Assembly: GCF_022045235.1 (NCBI RefSeq)
Contig: NW_027266284.1
Location: forward strand, 2,604,001-2,668,000
Source of the DNA: Haliotis cracherodii
Lineage: Eukaryota
Length of the DNA stretch: 64,000 nucleotides
Direction: 5' to 3'
Both the position numbers and the translations under genes were made by a program. Shown here one piece after another: positions 26,433 to 40,400 of the stretch; position 1 is the first letter of the stretch; each line of letters begins with the position of its first letter. A model generated the notes under the pieces. It was not told where the DNA came from, ran no database searches, and saw only the letters and a list, made by a program, of their open reading frames with translations.

Positions 26433-27044
26433 GAGGGTATGACCTTGTTTGTCTGGGGGTCAGTTAACACAGCATCCCATGCTGGTCGTAAGCGGCGACT
26501 TAAAGGTTTGGTCAGAACCGATGACTTGCGTGTCCCTGTGCCCCGACAACGTGTGGCTTAGCTTATAATATCTATCACCTGATAGTCTGGTCCATGCTCG
26601 ATTATTTAGAGGTCATCGTTATATATCTGGAATATTGCACACGTATAGTAGAGTAATAGAATGAGATGGGTGTATCAGGCAAGACTGACACGATTGCCGT
26701 CTTATGGTGTTTATCATATATTGAAAGATGTATGAACAACAACAATAACGATACATTTACACATCAACAGAAGAAATGATTGTTTGTTTGTTTGTTGTTT
26801 AACGCCGCACTCAACAATATTCCAGCTATATGACGGCGGTCCGTAAATAATCTGGACCAGTCACAACATTAAATGCATGTGCGCTATGTAGAATATGTAC
26901 AGGATACAAGTCGGCAGCACACTCATTAGTGGTGAATGAGTGAATTGGTTTTAACGGCGTTTTGAACAGTATATATCAGCCAGATCGGACCCCCGATCAC
27001 CGGATCTTGGCGAATTATTTAAAAGGGAAATGTTTTCGAGTATG

Positions 27045-27185
27045 GAATGAGTGAGTTTGGTTTTCGGCAATATCATGACGCCAGACACCAGCAATATGCT
27101 TCACTCGCACTACCCACGTAGAGAATCCAACCAGGGCCTTAGGGGTGACGAGCAAACGCTTTAACCACTAGGCTACCCCACCGAC
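27045..27185 (-). mobile_element. tRNA-derived SINE, same family as 4578-4745
   Basis: Minus strand cggtggggtagcctagtggttaaagcgtttgctcgtcac... with an actc tail. Confidence 0.7.
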
Positions 27186-29014
27186 CTTTGGTGGACAAAA
27201 AGACATCACAACCGTTGCTAAAATCTGAGATGATGTCTTTTGTTAAGGGCAAAGATATTCAATTTTACAAATTTCTTTCAGAATTGTGTGACAGCATGGC
27301 TAATAAAAAAATTCATAAAATAACACATTTCTACTATAGCCGGTGCTTTTCATGAAAGGTCAGCTTCGCTAACGAAATGCTGCTGTTTCTCATTAATCAC
27401 AACGTGGTCATGAATCCCGCACCCCAACAGAGCCCCATGCTGTCTTTGATCTACGAGATGGGAAACATTCCATAAAGATCCCAATATGTCCACGATAGAA
27501 ATATGTGCATGTCTAACGAGCGTAATTTATCACTAAAACTTCTCATAAACTCTCTGGATACCCGATCGACTTCTTAATGAAATCATTGGTGAAATACCGG
27601 TTTATATTTAGTACCACCGAAGTCTATATCATTTTAGATAACGTTCTTTTGCAAAGCCGCAATATACATGGGAAGGACTGTCACTTGTATATTTTACCAA
27701 ATTTCACTGACCGCAGGGGACTTTTGCTTCCCTTTATCGGAAGCACGTCGAAGTGATCGGTGTATTTTTAATTCAAATGCGTGTTTCATTGACTGAACAT
27801 AACAAATGGTAAATGAACAGGTATGGCGTTGTTTTGTTTGTTTGTTTGTTTGTTTGTTTTTGACGCCACAGTCGGGAATAAAAATAAGCATATTTACATT
27901 CATTTTGATGTAGACGATAAAATGTAAGTGGAATTTACAGATAGCATGTAATCTACAGTAAAATAGGTCATTATCTCGACATGCCATCCCAAATTGTGAT
28001 TTAACTGCAGCTGTCGGTGGTGAAACGATATTGAAGTAACTCTCTTCACCTGGCTCCATAGCTGTCATAGGAACGTCCACGTGACCGACGGGAGACAAAG
28101 CAATACAGATACCGCCTCCAAAACAATGCCACTCGAAGCCAAGAAGTATAACATTGTACCTTGAGCAGCCGATAACGTTACCACTTCCCCATTGTATTAC
28201 TTGTACCTCATCCATATATCACCTTGTGCACGTGTACGTGCAGCGCATCTGTACACAGTGTATATATCGGAATTTTTACACATTTCTTGTGATTAGAGAT
28301 CAGGTGCTGGGCCATCAGCTTTATTATTGATGGATAGAGTGACAGAGTTGAGTTTAACGCCGCCTTGATGGGTTTTCAAGTTATATCACGACGAGTCAGT
28401 TTAATGTGTCAGAAAAGCTCGAAGTGATGCAGGTGTAAGGCGTTTTCTACTTTTGTGAAACCCACGAGCATGGGTATGGTGCAGACAGACCTAAAAACAT
28501 AATAGGAGCGGACCGGGATTCGAACTGACGATCAAATGTTTATGGGGGCCCAAGGGCCACTACTCTGCATAGCGACTACCCTACTCCATGTTATTGTTGG
28601 ATATAGCCCGACACCTAGTCCTGCAACATGACCGTGGAATACATTTATTTTATGAAAACAAAATAATCTAGAAAGTCCAGCCAGCTCAAATCAGCATAGG
28701 GAATTTTTATTTTATTTTTAGAGTCAAGAAGGATATTGTGTGATATAAGATTTCAGAGACTAAATGTTAGTCTACCCAACACCATCACCCGTTCTTGCTA
28801 TATCGCCATGTGGGGAGTGGTCTTGTATTGTAGTCTAGTGTTCTCCGTGTCCTCTGTAATAAAGAAAGACTTTCTGGAAGCGAGTGTCCAAATAAAAAGA
28901 CGTTTCAATGATATAATGAATATGTTCTTTTGTCGACTCGGTAAGTAAGGTCGATGTCGGCGGCCATCAACACGTAATTGTCAATATAACGCCTGACTGA
29001 GTCACAGACCAACA

Positions 29015-29182
29015 GACCCGTGAAGATCCGGGTTAGAACTGGCCTTCAGCAACCCATGCTTGCCGTAAGAGGTGACTAACGGGATCATGATGTCAATCAC
29101 TTGATTGTCTGGTCCATTATTTACAGATCGCCGTCATATAGCTGAAATATTGCTGAGTGCGGCTATAAGCAACAAACAAAAC
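29015..29182 (+). mobile_element. Short non-autonomous retroposon with (caaa)n tail; related pieces at about 7985-8170 (-), 26475-26640 (+) and 26780-26860 (-)
   Basis: Shared cccatgcttg(c/t)cgtaagagg(t/c)gactaa hairpin and atatagctggaatattg 3' end among the copies. Confidence 0.6.
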
Positions 29183-30193
29183 AAGAGACCAACAAACCTA
29201 ACACGTGACCAAGTTGGGCATAAGTTTCTTTTTTTTCGAATAGTACTGGTGGTGTGGCTCCCGTCAGTGTTAACTACTTCGCACAAACAATTTACTGATA
29301 AGAAAGCGGACCTTTGCAGCACGTGCCAGTATTAGGAAACGTAAACAATCTCGTGTATTGCTTTCAAATCTATGGAAACATTTGCCAACTGTCAGCAACG
29401 AACCCCTGTAGCCATTATCTGTAGCCGGTCCTGTAGCCATTATCTGTAGCAGACCAGCGTGCATATTCAGTTCGCCAAGGTCCAAAATGATCCAACGAGA
29501 CTTCCACGATTATAACAAGCTGGTTTCATACTTCAAATGCCATTCTTTGAGACATTTCCTAATACAAAGCTATTCATATCTCAAAATTTATCGCTTTCAT
29601 AAGTGTGACAGGTTTTCAATAGGCTGTGTGAGCTTCGTGATACCCGTTACCTAGCAACCAGCAGGTATTGGGTACTGATCAATGAGGTATGACGTAATGG
29701 TGATTTATCACATTTACAATGAAAACATTGTTTGCCCTCATGTCCACAATTATACTTGATATTGGCTTTAATCGGGAAGGTTACACATGTCCAGGATACT
29801 CGCATTTGCCAATCCCACGAATACATTAGGCCACATACTTGTTTCTTTGGATGCAAGCATATAACGGATCTGCCTGAATCAGAGAATGACACGTTATTCG
29901 CCTTACACATAGCATTCACAACAGTCAGGAACTGAGACACGCACAATGCCAATATTCTTTTTAGAATTGATGTCAATATGTTTGTATTCGCCTTGCCATA
30001 ACAAAACATTCTTACTAAAATGCGTACACCCTTTCGTATCGTTTGGGTGAATCGTTAAGAGAGCGTTAAACAAAGTTTTATCATGAAATATTTTTTTCAA
30101 TATGAAGTTTCATTAAGACCCTTTAATCTTGAACTCGGCGGTTTGGAATGCATTGAGAAACGTCGGAGAGTTTGAGTGCATGTCCGTTCACGA

Positions 30194-30348
30194 ATATCCT
30201 CGCAACGACCCATCCTTGTGAAGTATATCCTCGCAACGACCCATCCTTGTGAAGTATATCCTCGCAACGACCCATCCTTGTGAAGTATATCCTCGCAACG
30301 ACCCATCCTTGTGAAGTATATCCTCGCAACGACCCATCCTTGTGAAGT
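30194..30348. repeat. 31-bp perfect tandem repeat, 5 copies
   Basis: Unit atatcctcgcaacgacccatccttgtgaagt. Confidence 0.95.
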
Positions 30349-31843
30349 AACGATGAAAGGCACATCCAAACTATCTAGGCTGACAGTGACAGTCTACAGC
30401 ATTCTACGAATTAACCTCAGTAATATCCGTCTTTGTAATCACCTTTCAAAGCTCGTCCAAGTTATCAACCTATTCATTAACAACTTTGGAAGTCTCTCCG
30501 GTCAAGTTTATCGTGTCGGCCATTTTGACCTCCTCGGACCAGGAGTTCAAAGCCTTGTTAACGAGTTAACCTTGTTAAATCAGTGTTAACTATACGTTAA
30601 ATTTATCCATAAGGTTATGTTGTTTCACAATGCATGGTTATATCTAACGATTGATTCAATGTCCGTAAGAGTTTACACTACTCCCGACATCTGTTGAATA
30701 CGTTACACCTTGGCTATCATTCATAATAATACGTTTCCTCTTTCATGTCTGGAACTGAATTATTCTCCTTTTTTAATATAAAACATATTACCACCACTTC
30801 AGTGTCACCTTACCGACCTGACCTCTACATTATAAAAGGCAGAGCAGGGGGAACCATAGTGTGCTCACGAAAAGTCCTTGATAACATGTTGGATTGTGAT
30901 ATAAAACGCGAAATTCTCAAATTGGATTATTTCAAAAGAGCATTAGTTAGTTACAGTGATGTTAGTGACAAACCACTGTAAATACAAAGAAGAATATGTT
31001 CTGTTTTCCATTCGAGAAAAACTAGCATAAGCCTATGAAGGCGCAGGTAGATCTCCTGTCGGCCGTAGTTTTTAAGTTCTATGAGTTCTTATGGCCTGAA
31101 ATTCATTTCCATGGTTTTGTTCCAGTTTCTTTTAATGAGGGCCTCGCGAGTATAGTCAATGCCTGCATCTTTTAAAGTCTGGGTCCTGGTGGCATTTCTG
31201 ATTTTGAACACTGACAGCTATGTGAAAGTGAAAAACTATGCCATCTCATTAAAAAAGGAATAATCCATGTCATGTTTTCAGGTTTACTCTGTTGAAATAA
31301 TCCAATCTGAGAATTGTATGGATGCATGATAAAATTACATTTAGAAGAACAACACACCAAGGGGAGGGCAAACCTCTACAAAGCTACATCTCCATGAGAT
31401 ACTAATGACAGTGAATTAAGGTAGACAAAACTAATGCCAATACATAGAAATACATTTTCAGGGTTCCTGTCATGACATTTGGCTTTCTGTATCTTCTTTT
31501 ATCGGTTATTCTGTGGAGATTCCAGGATAGAATAGGCACTGGGGGTAACCTGTATTTGTTGCAAGGTGGGACTGAACTAAAAATGGTTGTCATGCTTGGT
31601 GATTTTGTGTCATCATTCCCAAAAAGTATTGACATTGCCCATGGGATATCACTGGTTTGTCTGGTCCAAACACTATTACTTACAGGCTGTACATTCAAGC
31701 ACATACACACTAGATGCGAAACTTTTGGTCCAAGGCAGTCCTAGTGTCAATATTGAAAATCAGTGTCATGTTGGTGCAAGATGCCAGACGCCAGATGCCA
31801 GTCCAACATTTTCAGAGGATACACCACTACAATGAGCTACTCT

Positions 31844-32873
31844 TCATCAGCTTGAAGAGACAACGCTTTAACCTCTAGGCTAACAACTGCCCTATATCTC
31901 AAGTACAAAACAAAGGTCATCAGCTTGAAGAGACAACACTTTAACCTCTAGGCTAACAACTGCCCTATATCTCAAGTACAAAACAAAGGTCATCAGCTTG
32001 AAGAGACAATGCTTTAACCTCTTGGCTAACAACTGCCTTATATCTCAAGTACAAAACAAAGGTCATCAGCTTGAAGAGACAATGCTTTAACCTCTAGGCT
32101 AACAACTGCCCTATATCTCAAGTACAAAACAATGGTCATCAGCTTGAAGAGACAATGCTTTAACCTCTAGGCTAACAACTGCCTTATATCTCAAGTACAA
32201 AACAAAGGTCATCAGCTTGAAGAGCCAACGCTTTAACCTCTAGGCTAACAACTGCCTTATATCTCAAGTACAAAACAAAGGTCATCAGCTTGAAGAGACA
32301 ATGCTTTAACCTCTAGGCTAACAACTGCCTTATATCTCAAGTACAAAACAAAGGTCATCAGCTTGAAGAGACAATGCTTTAACCTCTAGGCTAACAACTT
32401 CCCTATATCTCAAGTACAAAACAAAGGTCATCAGCTTGAAGAGCCAACGCTTTAACCTCTAGGCTAACAACTGCCCTATATCTCAAGTACAAAACAAAGG
32501 TCATCAGCTTGAAGAGACAACACTTTAACCTCTAGGCTAACAACTGCCCTATATCTCAAGTACAAAACAAAGGTCATCAGCTTGAAGAGACAATGCTTTA
32601 ACCTCTAGGCTAACAACTGCCCTATATCTCAAGTACAAAACAAAGGTCATCAGCTTGAAGCGACAATGCTTTAACCTCTAGGCTAACAACTTCCCTATAT
32701 CTCAAGTACAAAACAAAGGTCATCAGCTTGAAGAGACAATGCTTTAACCTCTAGGCTAACAACTGCCCTATATCTCCAGTACAAAACAAAGGTCATCAGC
32801 TTGAAGAGACAATGCTTTAACCTCTAGGCTAACAACTGCCCTATATCTCCAGTACAAAACAAAGGTCATCAGT
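31844..32873. repeat. 73-bp minisatellite, 14 copies, containing a SINE 5' head
   Basis: tcatcag at 31844 and 32866 (14 x 73 bp). Confidence 0.95.
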
Positions 32874-33385
32874 TTGAAAATCGATAGATCATATCTGGTG
32901 TTAGGAGAAATACATTTGCTGTACCTATTGCTTCATGCACAGTAAAAGTAAACACAATTTATTTCAAACATGTATTTATTGAATTTCATTTTTTTTACAA
33001 ATACATTTTTACAAGAAGCAAATGTATGTGTGTGTGTCTGTGAGTTTGTCTGTGAGTGTGTCTGTGAGTGTGTCGCTGTGTCTGGATGAGTGTGTGCATA
33101 AACCTGACCATCTTGACTGGGGAGAAGTGGAGAAAAAATATCACATATAACCAACTTGAAAAAGTGATATATCACATTAACTTCCATCCCTAATAGTTTC
33201 ACTATTGAAAACTAAGCTGTACTATCTCGTCATTTGTAAAGTCATGTCAAATCACTGAGAGATTCTGGAATACCACATGGCTGAACAAGTGATATCATGA
33301 CCCAATATAACATCTCCTGACTTCATACCACAACCTTAGGCCTGAGGCCACACTTGCTGGTGGAAAAATCAGTTAAATCAGTTAC

Positions 33386-35052
33386 AAGCAATAGAGTCAA
33401 CACAGGCCATGATCAGACTGCCAACAGATACACCAAGCAATAGAGTCAGGAGAGGCCACATTTAGACTGCCAAAAGATACACCAAGCAATGGAGTAAGCA
33501 CAGGCCACAATTAGACTGCCAACAGATACACCAAGCAATGGAGTCGACACAGGCCATGATCAGACTGCCAACAGATACACCAAGCAATGGAGTCGACACA
33601 GGCCATGATCAGACTGCCAACAGATACACCAAGCAATGGGGTCAGCACAGGCCATGATCATACTGCCAACAGATACACCAAGCAATGGGGTCAGCACAGG
33701 CCATGATCAGACTGCCAACAGATACACCAAGCAATGGGGTCAGCACAGGCCATGATCAGACTGCCAACAGATACACCAAGCAATGGAGTCAGCACAGGCC
33801 ATGATCAGGCTGCCAACAGATACATCAAGCAATGGATTCGACACAGGCCATGATCAGACTGCCAACAGATACACCAAGCAATAGAATCAACACAGGCCAT
33901 GATCAGACTGCCAGCAGATACACCAAGCAATGGAGTCGACTAAGGCCATGATCAGACTGCCGGCAGATACACCAAGCAATGGAGTCGACACAGGCCATGA
34001 TCAGACTGTCAACAGATACACCAAGCAATAGAGTTGACACAGGCCACGATCAGACTGCCAACAGATACACCAAGCAATGGAGTCGACACAGGCCACGGCC
34101 AGACTGCCTACAGATAAACCCAATCTCATTAAAATCAGACCTTAGTTCTCGCTACCGCTAAACAAAGATCTGAAGACATCCCATTAGGGGTCACGTCAGA
34201 ACGACCTTTCATCCGACCAATCAGTGCATCGCTTTCTGGATTATGAAAGTGAGAGTCGGAACGTGATTTCTAATCATGAAATCTCGAAAACTTTAACATG
34301 GGGTATTCCGAACGATAGTTACGGGTTTAACGACTGAATCCTTACAATCTAGACCATCTATTAGCCATTCCAGAATGTTTTTGTTCAGGTTTCAAATTCT
34401 TAATCGAGAATTTGTCAAAATATGTTTCGAAGCGTAGTCGCCTGTTTGAAATTTGTCCCGTAAAGCACGAGAAAGCTGCCTTCTGATTGGTCATTCCATT
34501 GGTCGATCAAAGTTCGCTAAAGGTCGGTCTGACGTGACCCGTAATGGGATGTCCTCAGATCTTTGTTTAGCGGTAGCGAGAACTAAGATCTGATTTTAAT
34601 GAGATTGAGATAAACCAAGCAATGGGTTCAACACAGGCCATGATCAGACTGCCAACAGATACACCAAGCAATGGGGTCAGCACAGGCCACGGCCAGACTG
34701 CCAACTGATACACCAAGCAATGGGGTCAGCACAGGCCACGGCCAGACTGCCAACAGATACACCAAGCAATGGGGTCAGCACAGGCCACGGCCAGACTGCC
34801 AACAGATACATCAAGCAATGGAGTCGACACAGGCCACGGCCAGACTGCCAACAGATACACCAAGCAATGGGGTCAGCACAGGCCACGGCCAGACTGCCAA
34901 CAGATACATCAAGCAATGGAGTCGACACAGGCCACGGCCAGACTGCCAACAGATACACCAAGCAATGGGGTCGACACAGGCCATGATAAGACTGCCAACA
35001 GATACACCAAGCAATAGAGTCAGCACTGGCCACGATCAGACTGCCAACAGAT
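33386..35052. repeat. 49-bp minisatellite interrupted by a MITE
   Basis: Unit agcaatggagtcgacacaggccatgatcagactgccaacagatacacca. Confidence 0.95.
34121..34607. mobile_element. MITE with TIRs of about 90-100 bp and a 9-bp TSD (Mutator-like)
   Basis: caatctcattaaaatcaga...tctgattttaatgagattg; TSD agataaacc at 34112-34120 and 34608-34616. Confidence 0.9.
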
Positions 35053-36301
35053 ATTTTTTTACAATGCCATTGTGCCATTGTTTCCTTGAAGAGGTCAAGT
35101 TGACCTCTACCACTGTAGCTGTCAAACCACCACCAGAAATGAACTACACTTTTCATGATATGCTGCTACGATATCACAGACTGAAACAATATATACATCT
35201 ATGTACTTGAAATGAAGTATTCAGTATACTGTTCCATGATTACCATGGGTGAATGGAGTTTTAGGCTACTTTGAACAGTATTTCAGTTTCATCATAGTGG
35301 TTATTGTGGTTTAGGTGTTTTCTATCATAAAAAGTAGCAAGTTATGTTTCCACCATTAATGTTAGCAAACTGCAGCAACTGCTAACCTTGAAAAGCAGTG
35401 CTTACCCTGTTGGTTCCACTATATAATACCACAACCGGCAATTGCAAATGATGTGAATCAATGGCTTGGGGTGTGAAATGGCATCACTCTGGGAACAACA
35501 TGGCGGAAGAAAAGAAACTAGACAGCAGACATTTTACTGCAGTATGTTGCTAAGTGCCCTAAGCTGAATAACAGTAGTACATGAGGTTATGAAATTGTTC
35601 AAGGATTGCTCCTTCCTGTGGCCGGAGACACCAACACCTTCCTTGTACAACTCTCTGGCTGCTGTGACCTGTACACCATGGTGTGGGATAACCATGTAGC
35701 CGGGCAGATGGTGGACATCATCTTGCCATATTTCATCCCCGGGAAAAATGTTCAATTATCCCACAATATTCTCTGTTAAATGAACTATTTCACTTATCGA
35801 TAATAGATGCCAATGTGCATATCTTGATTGACGGGAATAGGATATGTTACATCATGGGGGGAGCTAACTGAACAGCCCATTATGATGTAACTCAAAAGGT
35901 TTACTTTTTCGTAGGATAAACTACTGTTGGTACCTTTGATTTTTTAGCAAAGTATAGAATACAGATTATATTTCCATGTTTGTTCATAGGAAAAGGGCAT
36001 TGATTCACTTGTAGTGGGCTTGGGTAAAGAGGGACAAGAATCCAAAATATCTCCCTGATTTGCTTAGATAATCCAATATCAATGTTGAATCATGCCTCTG
36101 TCCAACTTGTGCATAATCTATGGCAAACTTTTCTTAATACATACATCAGAGATTTAACCCTAAAAATATTAACAATTCTAGATGTTTTATCTATCTTCAC
36201 TAGCTAAATGTTCTCATAAATAGTTCTTCTTGCTGTAAGGGCCAAATATGGTACTTTCAGACCTATTTGCTACATATGCAGACAGAGTTCAAACCTGACA
36301 C

Positions 36302-36740
36302 ACAGTTGACCATGTATCTCCACAGACTGGGAGGTGAACAGTTGATCATGTATCTCCACAGACGCGGAGGTGAACAGTTGATCATGTGTCTCCACAGACT
36401 GGGGGGTGGACAGTTGATCATGTGTCTCCACAGACTGGGGGGTGGACAGTTGATCATGTATCTCCACAGACTGGGAGGTGAACAGTTGATCAGGTGTCTC
36501 CACAGACTGGGGGGTGGACAGTTGATCATGTATCTCCACAGACTGGGGGGTGGACAGTTGATCAGGTATCTCCACAGACTGGGAGGTGAACAGTTGATCA
36601 GGTATCTCCACAGACTGGGAGGTGAACAGTTGATCAGGTATCTCCACAGACTGGGAGGTGAACAGTTGATCAGGTATCTCCACAGACTCGGAGGTGAACA
36701 GTTGATCAGGTATCTCCACAGACTGGGAGGTGAACAGTTG
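36302..36740. repeat. 39-bp minisatellite, about 11 copies
   Basis: Unit acagttgatcatgtatctccacagactgggaggtga(a). Confidence 0.95.
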
Positions 36741-37410
36741 TCATGGAGGAACAAATATGATACAGACAGAAATGGAGATCATTCAGATATTATATGAATT
36801 ATCACAACATCAACAGCTTATCTTGAGGTGATCGTGTGTGGAGATGCTGACACCAGAATGACCTGGTGTTGAGGACACAAAAACATATAACCATCAGCTG
36901 TCCGTGAACAACTAAACACTGGACTCTTCATATCAGTAACATGGTAGGCATGGGTGTTTTAAACACAATACAATTAACATGATGATGAGGGCTAAGAAGG
37001 CACTATATCTTTAATGTCATTGTCACAACCAAAGACTAGAATGTCGGTCTTTGTAAATCGAAGCAATGTCACACTTTCCAGTTCAAAAGACAAGACGGTT
37101 TCCAAGACGCTCCTTGTCATACAAATGACATAGACTTTCCAAGTTCTGACATAACATGACAATGTTTATAAACATGGTTTGTGTTCATGAAATGTTGTCT
37201 TTACTGCATAGTAACCATAAACCGCATGTAGTTATGAACACTTACATCACATAAATTCTTTCAATATATTCAGACAAATGCACCAAATAAACTGGCATCA
37301 ATATGCCACTTATGGCTCACTGGATTTGCAAGATATATTACAGGGGAAATACATTATCTCTTCAATTCAATCCACTGAACAGATAACGGAGGGTCAACAT
37401 TGCTGATGCA

Positions 37411-40400
37411 TCACTGTAGTGCTGAGATCTTCAAGGCAATATTACTGCTGATATCGAGGAAGAAAGGTCCCTGGTTTCCAGGTCTGAATGTGCATGGCTG
37501 TATGTTGTAGACCCCGCCTGAGATATTGTCCAGCTGTAGCACACAGTATCCTGGTCTGAAGCAGAGAACACATGTATCAACCACACAGTAATGGTTTGGT
37601 TGGACTATGTGCAGGTGTTTATTGTGAAAGGTGGTAGTTGGACCAGCTCATATAAAACATTCTAAAAAGATAGAGTTATTCAACTAATCTTCTGATATCA
37701 CAAAGATACCCTACTGTTGTATCATTTGGACTATAAGGGAGAAAAAACTGATATCATCTGGACTATAAGGGAGAAAACACTGATATCATCTGGACTGTAA
37801 GGGAGAAAACACTGATATCATCTGGACTTTAAGGAAGCAAACACTGACATCATCTGGTCTATAAGGGAGCAAACACTGACATCATGTGGACTATAAGGGA
37901 GTAAACAATGATATCATCAGGACTATATGGGAGCAAACACTGACATCATGTGGACTATAAGGGAGTAAACAATGATATCATCTGGACTTTAAGGGAGTAA
38001 ACACTGATATCATCTGGACTATAAGGGAGAAAACAATGATATCATCTGGACTATAAGGGAGTAAACATGGATATCATCTGGACTGTAAGGAAGCAAACAC
38101 TGATATCATCTGGACTATAAGAAAGCAAACACTGACATCATCTGGACTATAAGGGAGCAAGCACTGATATCATCTGGACTTTAAGGGAACAAACACTGAT
38201 ATCACCTGGACTATATAACATGGATATCATCTGGACTGTAAGGGAGTAAACAAAAAGCTCACCTGAAATCTCCTGATGTCTTCTTGGAAAAAGATCCGGG
38301 CGCACTAGGCACATTCTGGCTGACTGCTATCACCTCGAACCCAACACTGTACACTCTGAAATACAAATGTCTTGTTGACTTCAAGAAGTACATGCTTCAA
38401 AATCATATTAACCAAACTTACCAAGTGGAATAGTGCACCCATGTGCATCAATAATCAGACTCACCAAGTGGAATAGTGCACCCATGTGCATCAATAATCA
38501 GACTCACCAAGTGGAATAGTGCACCCATGTGCTTCAATAACCAGACTCACCAAGTGGAATAGTGCACCCATGTGCTTCAATAATCAGACTCACCAAGTGG
38601 AATAGTGCACCCATGTGCTTCAATAATCAGGCTCACTGAGTGGAATAGTATACCCCTGTGCTTCAACACCTGGACTCAGTGTGTGAAATAGTGAACAAAC
38701 GTATAGGTTTATCTGCAACATTTCAAGTCACACCTTGCAAGAACATAATCTGAATCAGCCAAGAGGACAGACTGGCTGTTGAATGCTACTCACTTGGGCC
38801 CCAGGAGCTCAATCTGTACACAGTTGTCTGTACTGCTGTTGTCTATGAGGATCTGGTAGATAGGGTTGTTCTTGTGTGTGTCCGAGTAGTTGGAACATCC
38901 GCCAGCAGAGGTTTGAGTCCACGCACCATTCACCTGCAGTCACCAACATGCCATCATTAAAACATGTCTTCATCTTCTGAAGTTTTTCATCAGATAGCAT
39001 TCTATTCTATTGATCGTGTAGACCCATTTGATAAAGTCAACATATAGCTGACATATTCCAGTAGTTTGTGGCAAATGTTGCTTATTTGTCATCACACCAC
39101 TACAAAGAAGACGGTTACTGTAAGACATTTTGACCATACATGAGCTCATATTACAGTCACAATATTGTCCTATACATATTGATAAACTATCAGCTCTCTC
39201 AGAATTTTGCTTGCTGAAAAGAAGTTTCTTTATTATTTTCAAGGTTTTCACTGGTTCTTTTTTAAGCTTCAAACTTTTTAAATTTAATATTTCAGAATCC
39301 TAGATGTTGTTTTGTTTGAATAAGATACAGTGATCCCTCACTACAACACTACCTTTGGGGTCCAAATAATTGATGAGCATTATAGACGATCAACGGATTA
39401 AGAGAGGTGGAGTCATAGTGGGTAGATGATTATATCACAACAGTACATGCTCTGCCTACCTAACACGATCTACGATGTACGTTTCAGAGATCAAAAAAAG
39501 ATAAGAATGGTAGTTTATCGTGTTATGTGCTTTAAATAAAATCACATCTTATTCCTTCAGCGATTTCAGGTGAACAAACAGGTATAAAAAACTTGGTAAA
39601 AAAAAGATGAAATTTGATAAAAAACATCACCAGACATGATGATTTACCATTTAAAATGTAGTTCGTGCTCTCCAAGGCATTGCTTTATATGCAGACATTA
39701 AGATTACCATGTGTATTTTCTCATAAACTAAGCCTGAAATATCAATCAGCTGTACACATATTTTCTCCCAATCTAGCGCTGACTCAGTTATAATGTACCC
39801 AATGATACAACGTCAAAGAATTTTGATGCAATGGTCGTATCATGGGCATTAAATATGAACATAAGTTTTGCAATCATGCTATATACTTAAAACAATAATA
39901 ACTGTTGGAAAACTTAACCCAACCTTAATAGTAGTTATTCATAAAATAAACTTTATACATAATACACAAAATTTTATTGCAATGTTCTAAATCACCTAGA
40001 TATTAAACCATAAACACTTTGTCACATAAACCAAAACATTTAATAACTTTCCCTATTGAAATATTGTTAATCTAAATGCCATGTAAGCTATGACTTAAAT
40101 TGGGATATCTAAGTATCAATGAAAACAAACCTTAATCCCAATAATCCAACTATAAAAACATTATCCTAAAATAATATTGTCGACATCACTTAATTACCCT
40201 TGCATTCAATACATCTAGACAACATGCTAATTACCTAGTGCTAATCACCCAAAACAATAGATGTCACTTGCCAGCTGGTTAGTGTCAAAGGATACACATC
40301 TTAAGGATCCAAATAGTTTAAAACCTCTTAAATTTATCCCTTGAGTTGGTTGGAAGTAAAACCTTAATGTATGGACAGATAATGATAAATAACTACCCAT

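Noticed and set aside
27694-28215. 173-aa ORF
   Set aside because: No recognisable motif; it crosses a (tttg)n retroposon tail.
20078-36740. Regularly spaced repeats resembling CRISPR arrays
   Set aside because: Head-to-tail units without unique spacers, no cas genes, eukaryotic context.
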